From NCBI GenBank assembly GCA_029856295.1, contig JAHQWS010000202.1:1-32857 (forward strand): a DNA stretch of 32,857 bases, read 5' to 3'. This document shows positions 16,185-25,465 of this stretch, piece by piece (the first letter of the stretch is position 1; every line of letters starts with the position of its first letter). Made by a program: the position numbers and the translations under genes. This DNA comes from Promethearchaeia archaeon. Lineage in GTDB: Archaea > Asgardarchaeota > Lokiarchaeia > Sigyniarchaeales > SOKP01. Below the pieces are notes generated by a model. It was not told the DNA's origin. It saw only the letters and a list, made by a program, of their open reading frames with translations, and did not search any database.

Positions 16185-17609
16185 ATGACGTCAAATATTT
16201 TTGGCACATCTGGTATAAGAAGAGTTTTTCAAAATTACAGCGAATCAGATCTTTTATTTACACCACAAATGGCTTTAGATGTGGGGCTAGCTTTAGGATC
16301 TGTCTTAAAAGGTAATGGTAAAGTAGTTATAGGGAAAGATATTAGAACTTCAGCTTTGCCTGTAGAATATGCATTAATTTCAGGAATAGTTAGCGCAGGA
16401 TGCAATGTGTGGGCTTTAGGAATTGTTACTACTCCGACGTTAGCAATGTCATTACGCTATTTGAATGCTGATGCAGGTGTTATGATTACTGCATCTCATA
16501 ATACTCCTGAATATATAGGGTTAAAAATGTGGAATCGTTCTGGTATTGGGTTTTCCCCTGAACAAGAGGAAGAAATTTCGCGAATATATGATCAGAAAGA
16601 TTTCGTTAAAATTGATTGGGATCAAATTGGCAAAATCACGCAGATCAATGATATTAATGACAAGCATATTTCAGATATAACTGATCAGATTATGTTTGAT
16701 GGAAGTAAATTAAACGTAATCGTTGATCCAGGCAATGGCTCTGGATGTGAGATTGTTCCAAAACTACTAAGTAATTATAATATAAACATTATGACTATCA
16801 ATGCACAAATGGATGGTAGGTTCCCTGGAAGGCTCTCAGAGCCAAGCGAGAAAAATTTAATACAAATTTCTAAGTTTTTGAAAATCTCTCCGCAGGAAGA
16901 TATTGGGATTGCACTTGATGGAGACGCGGATAGAGTAATATTCTTAGATGAAACGGGTGAAATTGTAGACCCCGTCAGATTATTAGCGCTTATGGCAAAA
17001 TATTTTGTTCAAGAAAATAAAGATAAATTATCTAAAGATGATTTGAAAGTATCTACGCCAGTAAATTCATCGAGTTTGGTTGAAGATGTCTTAGAACCCC
17101 TTGGCTGTAAAATAATAAGAACAGAAGTAGGAGATATTAAGGTAGCATTAGCTTTACAAGATGGCGGCTTTTTAGGCGGAGAAACCTCCGGTACTTATAT
17201 ATGGCCTAAATTTCATTTAGGTCCAGATTCAATAGTTACTATTGCTGTTATATTACAAATGATTGTTAAAACTGGTAAAAGTTTAAAGGAATTACTAAAG
17301 GAAATTCCTCAATATCCATACTATCGTAATCAATTTAAGTTAAAAAATGATATTCCTTTTACAGAAGAGATAAATCAAAAAATTATTGATGAAATGAAAG
17401 ATTCTTTTGATTCTCTTGGTAAAAATATAAAGAATATCAATAAATTGGACGGCGTGAGGTTTGATTATGCTGATGGATGGATTTTAATAAGACGCTCAGG
17501 AACAAGTCCGTATTTAAGGATTTCTGGTGAATCTTCCATAGACATAAATAGTTCTATTGAGATGAACAAGATTGCCGAACAAAAAATGCAAAAATTAGAC
17601 ATAATTTAA
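16185..17609 (+). CDS. glmM: Phosphoglucosamine mutase / phosphohexomutase (archaeal GlmM type)
   Basis: Phosphoserine loop TASHNTPEYIGLK (Thr where most homologues have SHNP), metal loop ALDGDADRV, sugar loop GGETSG, phosphate loop RRSGTSPYLRI. AAGAGGA lies 7 nt upstream of the ATG. Confidence 0.8.
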   Translation: MTSNIFGTSGIRRVFQNYSESDLLFTPQMALDVGLALGSVLKGNGKVVIGKDIRTSALPVEYALISGIVSAGCNVWALGIVTTPTLAMSLRYLNADAGVMITASHNTPEYIGLKMWNRSGIGFSPEQEEEISRIYDQKDFVKIDWDQIGKITQINDINDKHISDITDQIMFDGSKLNVIVDPGNGSGCEIVPKLLSNYNINIMTINAQMDGRFPGRLSEPSEKNLIQISKFLKISPQEDIGIALDGDADRVIFLDETGEIVDPVRLLALMAKYFVQENKDKLSKDDLKVSTPVNSSSLVEDVLEPLGCKIIRTEVGDIKVALALQDGGFLGGETSGTYIWPKFHLGPDSIVTIAVILQMIVKTGKSLKELLKEIPQYPYYRNQFKLKNDIPFTEEINQKIIDEMKDSFDSLGKNIKNINKLDGVRFDYADGWILIRRSGTSPYLRISGESSIDINSSIEMNKIAEQKMQKLDII

Positions 17610-17675
17610 AATGTATCAAACAAAAATAGTGAAAATTGCTTCTTTTATCTAAATTATCTTTTTTTATAACTTAAT

Positions 17676-18635
17676 TTAATTAAATATTTCAAATTCTATT
17701 CCTTTTTGTTCTAATGTTTCTTTATTGGCTAGGAATTCTCGACCTGCGATCTTATCTAATATATAAATTAGGTTACCGCCATTTTGAGAGTATATTTGGC
17801 CAAATGAAATAGGAACATCCGGAGTTGGGTCCCCCAATAAAGATTCTGTTACTACTTCAACCTTACGTTCTCCGTTAGCTAGCAGAATCACTGTTTTAGC
17901 TTTATAAACCAATTCAGCTCCCATGCTGACAGCGTATCTTGGACTTTCATTCTCCGAAGGGAAATGACCGTCTATTACAGCATTAGAAACTGTATTGTCA
18001 TCAAGTTTTACTAATAGAACATTGCTACCTTCGAAAGGAATCCCTGACTCGTGAAACGCTACATGACCGCGACCTCCAACACCTATTATTTGTACATCAA
18101 TACCACCAACATTTTCGATTTTTCGGGCATAATCCTCCTGTACTGTCTTACGGATCCAAGCTAAATATTTTGAACTTGGATTATCTTTAATCACAATTGA
18201 TTTTCCAGCGTCTTTGCCCAGTTCGGTCCAATCTTCCTTATTAATTTCGAGTTCATTTATGAATTTTTCTTGATCAACCAAACAACCGTAAGGTACACTT
18301 GTTTCAATGAATTTATTTTCAAGGAGACTAAAAAATTCTTGAATCATAAAATAGCTGTAACTTTCTGGATGAATTGTGCGTTGCTGACAATTCTCACCTG
18401 GTAAGCCAATGTATTCATCTAGGTTAAAAGATCGGATAAGTTTGCAATCGAATTCACCGGCGTTGGCCATTTTAGCTAGATTTTTATAAAGACCAGTTGG
18501 CGAATTTCCTGTTGCAAGTCCTAATACGCATTCTTTTTGTTGTTTCAAGATTTGGATAATTTTTTCTTTAACGATTTGTGCGGCAACTTGGCTCATACTT
18601 TCAAAATTTTCTGTTATTATAATCTTAATAGTCAT
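17676..18635 (-). CDS. nagB: Glucosamine-6-phosphate deaminase/isomerase family protein (NagB-like, long form)
   Basis: LGLATGNSPTGLY, FNLDEYIGL and IGVGGRGHVAFHESG are NagB/6-phosphogluconolactonase-superfamily blocks. At 319 aa it carries an extra ~45-aa segment between the second and third blocks. Confidence 0.7.
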   Translation of the reverse strand: MTIKIIITENFESMSQVAAQIVKEKIIQILKQQKECVLGLATGNSPTGLYKNLAKMANAGEFDCKLIRSFNLDEYIGLPGENCQQRTIHPESYSYFMIQEFFSLLENKFIETSVPYGCLVDQEKFINELEINKEDWTELGKDAGKSIVIKDNPSSKYLAWIRKTVQEDYARKIENVGGIDVQIIGVGGRGHVAFHESGIPFEGSNVLLVKLDDNTVSNAVIDGHFPSENESPRYAVSMGAELVYKAKTVILLANGERKVEVVTESLLGDPTPDVPISFGQIYSQNGGNLIYILDKIAGREFLANKETLEQKGIEFEIFN

Positions 18636-18788
18636 TTAAACTGCTTCAAATTGTTTCATATTAAATTTTAAACTAAAAAAAGGATAATCTAATAAAAACT
18701 TATTGAAATTGATTATATTGAATATATTAATTATATCTTCTTTTAACTATAATAATCTTAATATGAGAGTTTATCTTTTCTATTAATA

Positions 18789-20639
18789 ATGTGTGGAATA
18801 TTTGGAATTATAACTAATCAAGATATATCTATAGGGAATGTTATTTTACAAGGAATTAAGCGATTAGAATATCGTGGATATGATTCTTGTGGAATTGTTT
18901 CACAATATAACTCCAAATTAATTGTTAAAAAAGATTCTGGAAAAATTGATGATATTATAAAAAGAATTGACTTGACAAATTTTCCAAATGGATCTAAGCT
19001 TTCCCTTGCTCATACTCGATGGGCAACACATGGACCCCCTACTAAAGAAAATAGCCATCCTCATTTAGATTGTTCAGGCGAAATTGCAGTGGTGCATAAT
19101 GGAATTATAGATAATTTTATGGAATTAAGAAAAGAGCTTATATCAAGAGGTCACATTTTTAAATCGGATACAGATACAGAGGTTATTCCACATTTAATTG
19201 AAGATAATATGAAAGATGGCTTAAATATTAAAGATGCTACTATGAAAGCTTTAAAAAAATGTAAAGGTGCTTACGCACTTGCTGTGTGTCATGCTAAAAT
19301 ACATGATTCAATTATTGTAGTTCGAAGGGAATCTCCATTAGTAATTGGAATAGAAGAAGGAAAAACAACGTATTGTGCCTCGGACATTCCCGCTTTTTTA
19401 CCTTTAACAAGAAAATGTTATATTATGGATGATGATGAACTTGCCGTTCTAAAAGCTGGAGATGTTACATTTTTTGATCTCAAAAACAATAATGAACCAA
19501 TTGAAAAGGAAATACAAACTATTGAATGGAATATTGATGCTGCTGAAAAAGGAGGGTATGAACATTTCATGCTAAAAGAAATTTACGAAGAACCGAGGGC
19601 ATTGAAGCAAACTATGATGATTTCTAAAGATATTCTATTAAAATTTGCCAATACTCTAATTTCAGCGCAAAATATTTATATCACAGCAGCAGGTACCTCC
19701 TTTTTTGCAGCATTAGCAGGCAAATTTATCATTACAAAATTTTTAGGCAAATACTTACAAGAAATGGAATGCTCCGAATTTAAAACTCAATTCTCAAATT
19801 CTTTACAAGACAATTCTGTCATTATAGTAATTTCGCAATCAGGTGAAACAATTGATACAATTGAAGCAATTCGTTGGGCAAAAGAGAAAAAAAATGTAAA
19901 AATTCTAGCAATTACAAACGTAGTAGGATCTTCTATCACCAGATATTCTGATCATGTGATAGTAACTCAAGCTGGACCTGAAATTGGCGTTGCCGCAACA
20001 AAAACGTATAGTACTCAAGTGCTAACCCTTGCTTTAATTGCCTTAGAAATAGCAAAAATAAGAAAAATAGAGCCTAATGAGGAAATTAGAAAGTATTATA
20101 ATGCTTTAAATTCCACACCTCAGATTATTGAAAAATTTCTGGAAAAAAACGTTAATTTGCTTAAATATATCGTTAATAATTTAGAAAAAAACTTAAACTA
20201 TTTTTTTTTAGCTCGAGGAATTTCTATCGCAACAGCGAAAGAGGGAGGTCTAAAATTAAAGGAAGTCGCATGTCGCTTTATTGAAGGGTATTCGGCTGCA
20301 TCTGCTAAACATGGACCAATTTCTTTAGTTAGGGAAGGTTTTCCGATTATATTCATCGCACCGCCTGATGATACTTATGAAAGATTAGTTGGAAATGTTA
20401 TGGAATTCAAAGCTAGAGGGGGTACAATTATTTCAGTTGTTGTGGAAAGTGATGTACAGATAACTGAGTTAAGTGATATAACTATTCGGATTCCCCAACC
20501 ACCCGATAAATATCATAACTTATTCAGCCCAATTACTTTTGTACCTGCTTTGCAATTATTAGCTTATTATGCTGCTTTGGCTCATGATTTAGATCCTGAT
20601 AAGCCTCAAAATCTCAGTAAGACTGTAACCGTTCACTAA
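18789..20639 (+). CDS. glmS: Glutamine--fructose-6-phosphate aminotransferase (isomerizing)
   Basis: N-terminal nucleophile MCGIFGI, HTRWATHG, two SIS domains (SQSGETIDT) and the C-terminal tail NLSKTVTVH. Confidence 0.9.
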   Translation: MCGIFGIITNQDISIGNVILQGIKRLEYRGYDSCGIVSQYNSKLIVKKDSGKIDDIIKRIDLTNFPNGSKLSLAHTRWATHGPPTKENSHPHLDCSGEIAVVHNGIIDNFMELRKELISRGHIFKSDTDTEVIPHLIEDNMKDGLNIKDATMKALKKCKGAYALAVCHAKIHDSIIVVRRESPLVIGIEEGKTTYCASDIPAFLPLTRKCYIMDDDELAVLKAGDVTFFDLKNNNEPIEKEIQTIEWNIDAAEKGGYEHFMLKEIYEEPRALKQTMMISKDILLKFANTLISAQNIYITAAGTSFFAALAGKFIITKFLGKYLQEMECSEFKTQFSNSLQDNSVIIVISQSGETIDTIEAIRWAKEKKNVKILAITNVVGSSITRYSDHVIVTQAGPEIGVAATKTYSTQVLTLALIALEIAKIRKIEPNEEIRKYYNALNSTPQIIEKFLEKNVNLLKYIVNNLEKNLNYFFLARGISIATAKEGGLKLKEVACRFIEGYSAASAKHGPISLVREGFPIIFIAPPDDTYERLVGNVMEFKARGGTIISVVVESDVQITELSDITIRIPQPPDKYHNLFSPITFVPALQLLAYYAALAHDLDPDKPQNLSKTVTVH

Positions 20640-20653
20640 TATAAAAACAAATT

Positions 20654-21907
20654 TTAAATAAAAGATGGAAGATATTTCATTATTTTATCCCGTGTTTTTT
20701 CTACTATACTTAGAAGCCAAGAAGCTCCAACTTCTAAATTATTTTGATTTAAATTTTGTATTACCTTGATATAATCATTTCCTATTTTCTGAATAGTTGC
20801 ATCTATGTTCTCTAAAAATTCGTCTTTCTTTTTCTGATCTCCCGAATATGATTGGCATTCATTAAAACCATTTTCCATTTCTTGTATATTTTCGAATAGT
20901 TCTCTTTTTTGATTTAAGAGCTCTTCTGATGCTTTATCCCCCATAATCGATTTATATAATTCTATAGATTTTTCCATTTTATTAGCAAGTGCCTTGAATC
21001 TTTTAACTCTTTCATTGAAAATAATCTCAAGCTTTTCAATCGCACCTTCATAGAGCAGTTTTTCCATTTCACTTTCCTGATAGAATTTAACACGCACAAT
21101 TAGGTACCATTGTCTAAGAGCTATTATATTAGCGATATATTCAATGCAATTTGTAGCTCTTCTTTTAACACTCCAATATAGTCCGGGATAGAAATCCATA
21201 TCCTCTTTTTGAGGCTCTTTACCCATTAAAAGCTTATGGCCTTGAGGACAATCTCCACGGTAAATAACTCCTGCCGCAATTATTGTGCCATATCCTATCC
21301 GACTTGGTCCTACTAGTCCACCTTGACCTCCTAAAAAGATAGGCGGTCGATTAAGCATGACACCCTGGACTACATCTCCAATTAAAGATGCCGTTGCTTT
21401 ATCCTGATTTGGTGTGTAATTAAAATGGATATATGAACTACCCACCTCACTATGATTTGCTCTGCTCGTCCCACCTGCCATTAAAATGTCACAAAAGTTA
21501 ATAAGGCTTCCTAATGTAACAAAAGGAAGAAGTATTGTTTGTTTAAGGCCTACTGTATGGGCACCATTTGCTTCTTCCTCCAGGAGACATCCTTCCCGGA
21601 CTTCAGCACCATCACCCATATTTGCAGAATCCAAAAATGTTGATTCTTCAAAATAACCCCCTTTTAATTCAACATTTTTCCCTAATTGACAGTTTTTAAT
21701 GGTAACCGGAGATCTTCCCCCCAGTTTAACTCCCGGCATAATAAGGGTCTTCTTGCCAAAAATCTTACAACCAGAGTGAATAGTAACATCCTCAGATGAT
21801 ATCAGATTAATATCGACACCCTCACCTATCTCTACTGATGAAGGATTCGGTATTTTGACTCCTTTTTCAATTAAAGCAGTAAGTAACGAATTTTTATTAT
21901 AATCCAT
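20654..21907 (-). CDS. Left-handed beta-helix (hexapeptide-repeat) protein with a C-terminal helical/coiled-coil domain; possible acyl/acetyltransferase, function unassigned
   Basis: Imperfect hexapeptide-like turns across residues ~30-250 (IGEGVDI, IHSGCKI, LGKNVEL, MGDGAEV, LGGQGGLVGPSRIGYGTII), then a ~170-aa K/E-rich helical tail. I prefer the ATG at 21907 (GAGAGGT 7 nt upstream, MDYNKNSL). The ORF track extends to an ATG at 21976. Confidence 0.55.
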   Translation of the reverse strand: MDYNKNSLLTALIEKGVKIPNPSSVEIGEGVDINLISSEDVTIHSGCKIFGKKTLIMPGVKLGGRSPVTIKNCQLGKNVELKGGYFEESTFLDSANMGDGAEVREGCLLEEEANGAHTVGLKQTILLPFVTLGSLINFCDILMAGGTSRANHSEVGSSYIHFNYTPNQDKATASLIGDVVQGVMLNRPPIFLGGQGGLVGPSRIGYGTIIAAGVIYRGDCPQGHKLLMGKEPQKEDMDFYPGLYWSVKRRATNCIEYIANIIALRQWYLIVRVKFYQESEMEKLLYEGAIEKLEIIFNERVKRFKALANKMEKSIELYKSIMGDKASEELLNQKRELFENIQEMENGFNECQSYSGDQKKKDEFLENIDATIQKIGNDYIKVIQNLNQNNLEVGASWLLSIVEKTRDKIMKYLPSFI

Positions 21908-22135
21908 ATAATTACCTCTCTTTTCTGGTTCCACTGGCAAGCAAGATGATATGCTGCGTATTAGGAATGGTTCCATAATTTTCTTTAATCAAAATCTCCA
22001 TGATACATCATATTCTTACAATATTTTTTTTATTAAATAAAGAAAAATTCTAACAATTAATAAACCTTTTTTAGGGAGTTATATATAATTTTCTGGTAAA
22101 AATAGGGTTTTAATAAAAAAAAACAAAAAAATATT

Positions 22136-22819
22136 CTATTTAATTAAAAATCCTTTAACTATGAAGACTACTCCTATATCAGAAGCTATAAGACCAAGAA
22201 TTTCTATTAATATTGATTCGAATATTCCTCCAATTAGATTAAATAAAATTCCAACTATAACAATAAAAGAACCAGCAAAAAACCAGAGTACTTGTTTTCT
22301 TGGAACTCCTTGGGTACTTTTTGCTACAATCGCATATTTATACAAAACAAAAATAAATAACACTAACCGCCATACATTTACAAATAGAAACCACCCGATA
22401 GGGGTTTCAGTGTCAACAATGCCCTGTTTATATCTCTCCATATTTAATGTTGGAGTCCAAATAAAAAATCCAAAAATCGAAATGATATATAAAACCATCA
22501 TAATTGTCAGATATTTGGGAACCATAGCTAACTTCTCAGATTTTTCCAAGATAAATACAGTCATTAAAAGTGATATAATAGCAAAATTATAAAGAAATTG
22601 TGCCGTGATCATTATCGGAATAATAAGGTATGGTTCCAATGTCGCCAAATGGTAAATACTATAAGCCAAAAACCCAAAGGCCGCTGAAACAAAAAAAATT
22701 GCAAACCATCTATTCAACCAATAATCAGGATTTTTACGCAATTCAATATAACCAGCTATAAAAGCAAAAATGACTGTAATTATTGATGCTGTTATCTTAA
22801 GAATATTAAAAACATCCAT
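22136..22819 (-). CDS. Integral membrane protein, about 7 predicted TM helices, no soluble domain
   Basis: 227 aa with seven hydrophobic stretches of ~20-25 aa (e.g. ITASIITVIFAFIAGYI, WFAIFFVSAAFGFLAYSIY, LWFFAGSFIVIVGILFNLIGGIF). It resembles a stand-alone version of the 7-TM sensor modules found at the N-termini of some histidine kinases (weak call). Confidence 0.6.
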   Translation of the reverse strand: MDVFNILKITASIITVIFAFIAGYIELRKNPDYWLNRWFAIFFVSAAFGFLAYSIYHLATLEPYLIIPIMITAQFLYNFAIISLLMTVFILEKSEKLAMVPKYLTIMMVLYIISIFGFFIWTPTLNMERYKQGIVDTETPIGWFLFVNVWRLVLFIFVLYKYAIVAKSTQGVPRKQVLWFFAGSFIVIVGILFNLIGGIFESILIEILGLIASDIGVVFIVKGFLIK

Positions 22820-22998
22820 TTTGAGAACGACCTCTATTTATTATAAAATTACGTTTAATAAATTAAGAAGCGAAAAATAGTTTTATATTTTTGTATATCA
22901 ACTAAGCAATATATTGAATTTATTTTAGTTCGATTTATGAGATTGGAGTTTCATAAGATTATAATATGGTTAAAAAAAGAAATTGCGATGTAATTATT

Positions 22999-24288
22999 TT
23001 AATAATAAATTTTTTTTATAATTCCTTTATTTGGGTCCTGATAATATAAAGTATTGGGGGGTACATCTTCAAGAACCATAGTATGCGCTCCGATTCTTGA
23101 ATTTTCATTAATAATTTTTCCAGTCATGATGCTAACATTAATACCAGTTTTTACATTAGGACCAATTATAGTACCCAATTTCCTCCGTTGTGAATCAACT
23201 AATTTCCCTTTTATTTTGACTTTTATATTTCCATCATCAAGCCTTAAATTAGCTACTATTGTCCCTGCACCGAGGTTAACATTTTCACAAATAATTGAAT
23301 CCCCAATATAGTTAAAATGTGGAACATTTGAATCCGAATAAATAATTGAACTTTTAACCTCGCTTATTCCAATATGACAATTATTTTCAATTGACGTATT
23401 CGGCCTAATAAACGCATTCGGTCCTATAATATTATTATCTCCTATATAGCATGGGCCTTGAATATAAGAACCGGATCGGACTATAGTATCTTTTCCTACA
23501 TATACATTCCCAAATATATGTACATTTGCCTCAACATTACCTAGTATTTTACCTTCCAAACTTTTTAGTATAAAGTTATTTGCATCTAATAATTGCCACG
23601 GGAGCCCAATATCGCTCCAAAAATATTCATTTATAGTATATCCTATAATTTTACCATTTAATTGGTTAATCAATAATTCCATCGAATCAGTGAATTCATA
23701 TTCATCTCTTATAGACTTTTCGGTCATTTCAATGGCTTTAAATATAAGAGAATCAAAAATAAAAATTCCTGCGTTCGCTAAATTACCTAAATTTAATTCT
23801 GGAGAAGGTTTTTCTGTAATTTTTTCTACATATCCATTAGAATTAAGGGTAATTATTCCAAATTCTTGAGGATTATTTACTTCGATTAAGGAAATTAATC
23901 CTTCAGTTTTAGAATCATGAAACTTTTCCACTACCTCTTTAAAGACAATTGGATCTACAAGGATATCCCCATACATCATTAAAATTGTATCATCCTTTAC
24001 AAAATCCTTTGCGTAGCTCGCAGCATGGGCGGTACCCAAATATTTCTCTTGAGTAATATATTCGATTTTAATATTGAATTTATCAATTCCATTGCCAAAG
24101 TAATCTTTAATTAGCTGCTCTTTATATCCGACTATTAATAATACCTCATCTATTCCAGCAGCTTTCAATCCTAAAAGAGTATGTTCCAATAATGGTTTGC
24201 CAGCGATTGGTATCAAGGGTTTAGGACGAGTTGAGGTTATCGGGCGTAATCTCTTTCCTTCTCCTGCAGCCAGTATAACAGCTTTCAT
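22999..24288 (-). CDS. glmU: Bifunctional sugar-1-phosphate nucleotidylyltransferase / acetyltransferase (archaeal GlmU, ST0452/MJ1101 type)
   Basis: MKAVILAAGEGKRLRPITSTRPKPLIPI (GxGxRL NTP-transferase motif). The C-terminal left-handed beta-helix contains HFNYIGDSIICENVNLGAGTIVANLRLD...RRKLGTIIGPNVKTGINV, which closely resembles the Sulfolobus tokodaii ST0452 enzyme as I recall it. Confidence 0.85.
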   Translation of the reverse strand: MKAVILAAGEGKRLRPITSTRPKPLIPIAGKPLLEHTLLGLKAAGIDEVLLIVGYKEQLIKDYFGNGIDKFNIKIEYITQEKYLGTAHAASYAKDFVKDDTILMMYGDILVDPIVFKEVVEKFHDSKTEGLISLIEVNNPQEFGIITLNSNGYVEKITEKPSPELNLGNLANAGIFIFDSLIFKAIEMTEKSIRDEYEFTDSMELLINQLNGKIIGYTINEYFWSDIGLPWQLLDANNFILKSLEGKILGNVEANVHIFGNVYVGKDTIVRSGSYIQGPCYIGDNNIIGPNAFIRPNTSIENNCHIGISEVKSSIIYSDSNVPHFNYIGDSIICENVNLGAGTIVANLRLDDGNIKVKIKGKLVDSQRRKLGTIIGPNVKTGINVSIMTGKIINENSRIGAHTMVLEDVPPNTLYYQDPNKGIIKKIYY

Positions 24289-24419
24289 TATTGAAATAAA
24301 TTGATAATGATATTAAAACATTCTTTAATAAGAAAGAAAAGGAAATTTAGATATCTAAAAGTTTTTTATATTAAGATTTTTAATATATTATTTATACAAA
24401 ACAGTGAGGATGAAATTTC

Positions 24420-24998
24420 ATGGTTAAATTATCTGATGAAGCAAGAAAATTAATTGAAAAATATCAAAAAACTGAGAAACAAAAAGAATTTCAGTTTGAT
24501 TTTTTTGTTGATCAATCCAAATATGAAAAATGGGAAGATGTCATTATTGGTACAGAAGGTTTCGGGGAAAGAACATTTGAAGTAAAAAAGGAGGATATTG
24601 ACGCCTACGTGGAATGTACCATGGAGGATAATCCGGTTTTTAAGGATGAGGAATCCGCAAAGAAAACTCCTTGGGATGAATTAATCGCACCTCCTATGTT
24701 TATAACACCTGTAGTTTTCTGGATTGCAGGAACTGGTTCGGGAAGTTGGATAAGAACCCCAGGAGCCATAAATCCCGGTCAAAAAATAGAATTCTATGAA
24801 CCTATTCGGGTAGGAGATATAATAAAAATTAGATCAGAAGCCTATGATAAATATATAAAGAGGGGAAAACGATACCTTACATATTATTCTGAATTTACAA
24901 ATCAACGTGGAGAGCTTGTTGCGAAATGGTGGGGGACTTTAATACTCCCGTTTTCTAAAGCTGAAGAGGAACATAAAATTGAAGGAGGAAAAAAATAA
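24420..24998 (+). CDS. MaoC-like dehydratase, N-terminal-type hotdog subunit (non-catalytic partner)
   Basis: 192 aa. The block LIAPPMFITPVVF...GQKIEFYEPIRVGD fits the MaoC_dehydrat_N-type pattern and lacks the D-x-N-P-x-H hydratase motif. GTGAGGA lies 9 nt upstream of the ATG. Confidence 0.65.
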   Translation: MVKLSDEARKLIEKYQKTEKQKEFQFDFFVDQSKYEKWEDVIIGTEGFGERTFEVKKEDIDAYVECTMEDNPVFKDEESAKKTPWDELIAPPMFITPVVFWIAGTGSGSWIRTPGAINPGQKIEFYEPIRVGDIIKIRSEAYDKYIKRGKRYLTYYSEFTNQRGELVAKWWGTLILPFSKAEEEHKIEGGKK

Positions 24999-25026
24999 CA
25001 ATAGAAAAAAGAGAGGGATAAAACTA

Positions 25027-25464
25027 ATGTCTGAAAGCGTAAAATTTGAAGATATAGAATTGGATTACGAGCTGCCTACCTTAAAAAGGGAAATTTCACA
25101 AGAATTTATTTCAATGTTTGGTTGTGGTTCCCTCGATTTCAATCCAATTCATATGGACCCAATTTGGGCGAAAAATGTAAATCTTTTCGGGTTCGGTAAG
25201 ACGATTGGTCATGGGCAATTAACTATTGCACTTTTAACGCAAGTAATTACTAACTGGTGCTATGCTGAGGGTGGTAAACTTAAATCAATTGATATAAAAC
25301 TTATCTGGCCGCTATTCCCCGGAGATACGGCTACGTGTGGAGGAAAAATAGTCGCAAAACATCCAAGAAAAAAAGATATAAGCTTCGTGGACTTAGATTT
25401 GTATGCAGATAACCAAAAAAAGAAAAGAGTAGCTGTAGGCAAAGCTCAGGTCTATTTACCATAA
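25027..25464 (+). CDS. MaoC-family (R)-specific enoyl-CoA hydratase / 3-hydroxyacyl dehydratase, catalytic hotdog subunit
   Basis: The hydratase-2 motif is present (GSLDFNPIHMDPIWA). I start at the ATG at 25027 (GAGAGGGA 8 nt upstream). The ORF-track start at 24979 is a TTG inside the upstream gene. Confidence 0.75.
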   Translation: MSESVKFEDIELDYELPTLKREISQEFISMFGCGSLDFNPIHMDPIWAKNVNLFGFGKTIGHGQLTIALLTQVITNWCYAEGGKLKSIDIKLIWPLFPGDTATCGGKIVAKHPRKKDISFVDLDLYADNQKKKRVAVGKAQVYLP

Positions 25465-25465
25465 A

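Noticed and set aside
18636-18788. A glmS ribozyme/riboswitch upstream of glmS.
   Set aside because: The spacer is short and AT-rich, with no G/C-rich paired core. The glmS ribozyme is a bacterial (mainly Gram-positive) element that is not expected in an archaeal-type locus.
24979-25026. The extended TTG start for the catalytic MaoC gene, which overlaps the upstream gene by 20 nt. The same question applies to the TTG/GTG extensions of both oxidases and all four kinases.
   Set aside because: In every case an ATG with a good GGTGA/GAGAGG-type motif lies 3-16 codons downstream. The extension encodes low-complexity or non-conserved residues, and in the kinases the GTG is part of the ribosome-binding motif itself.
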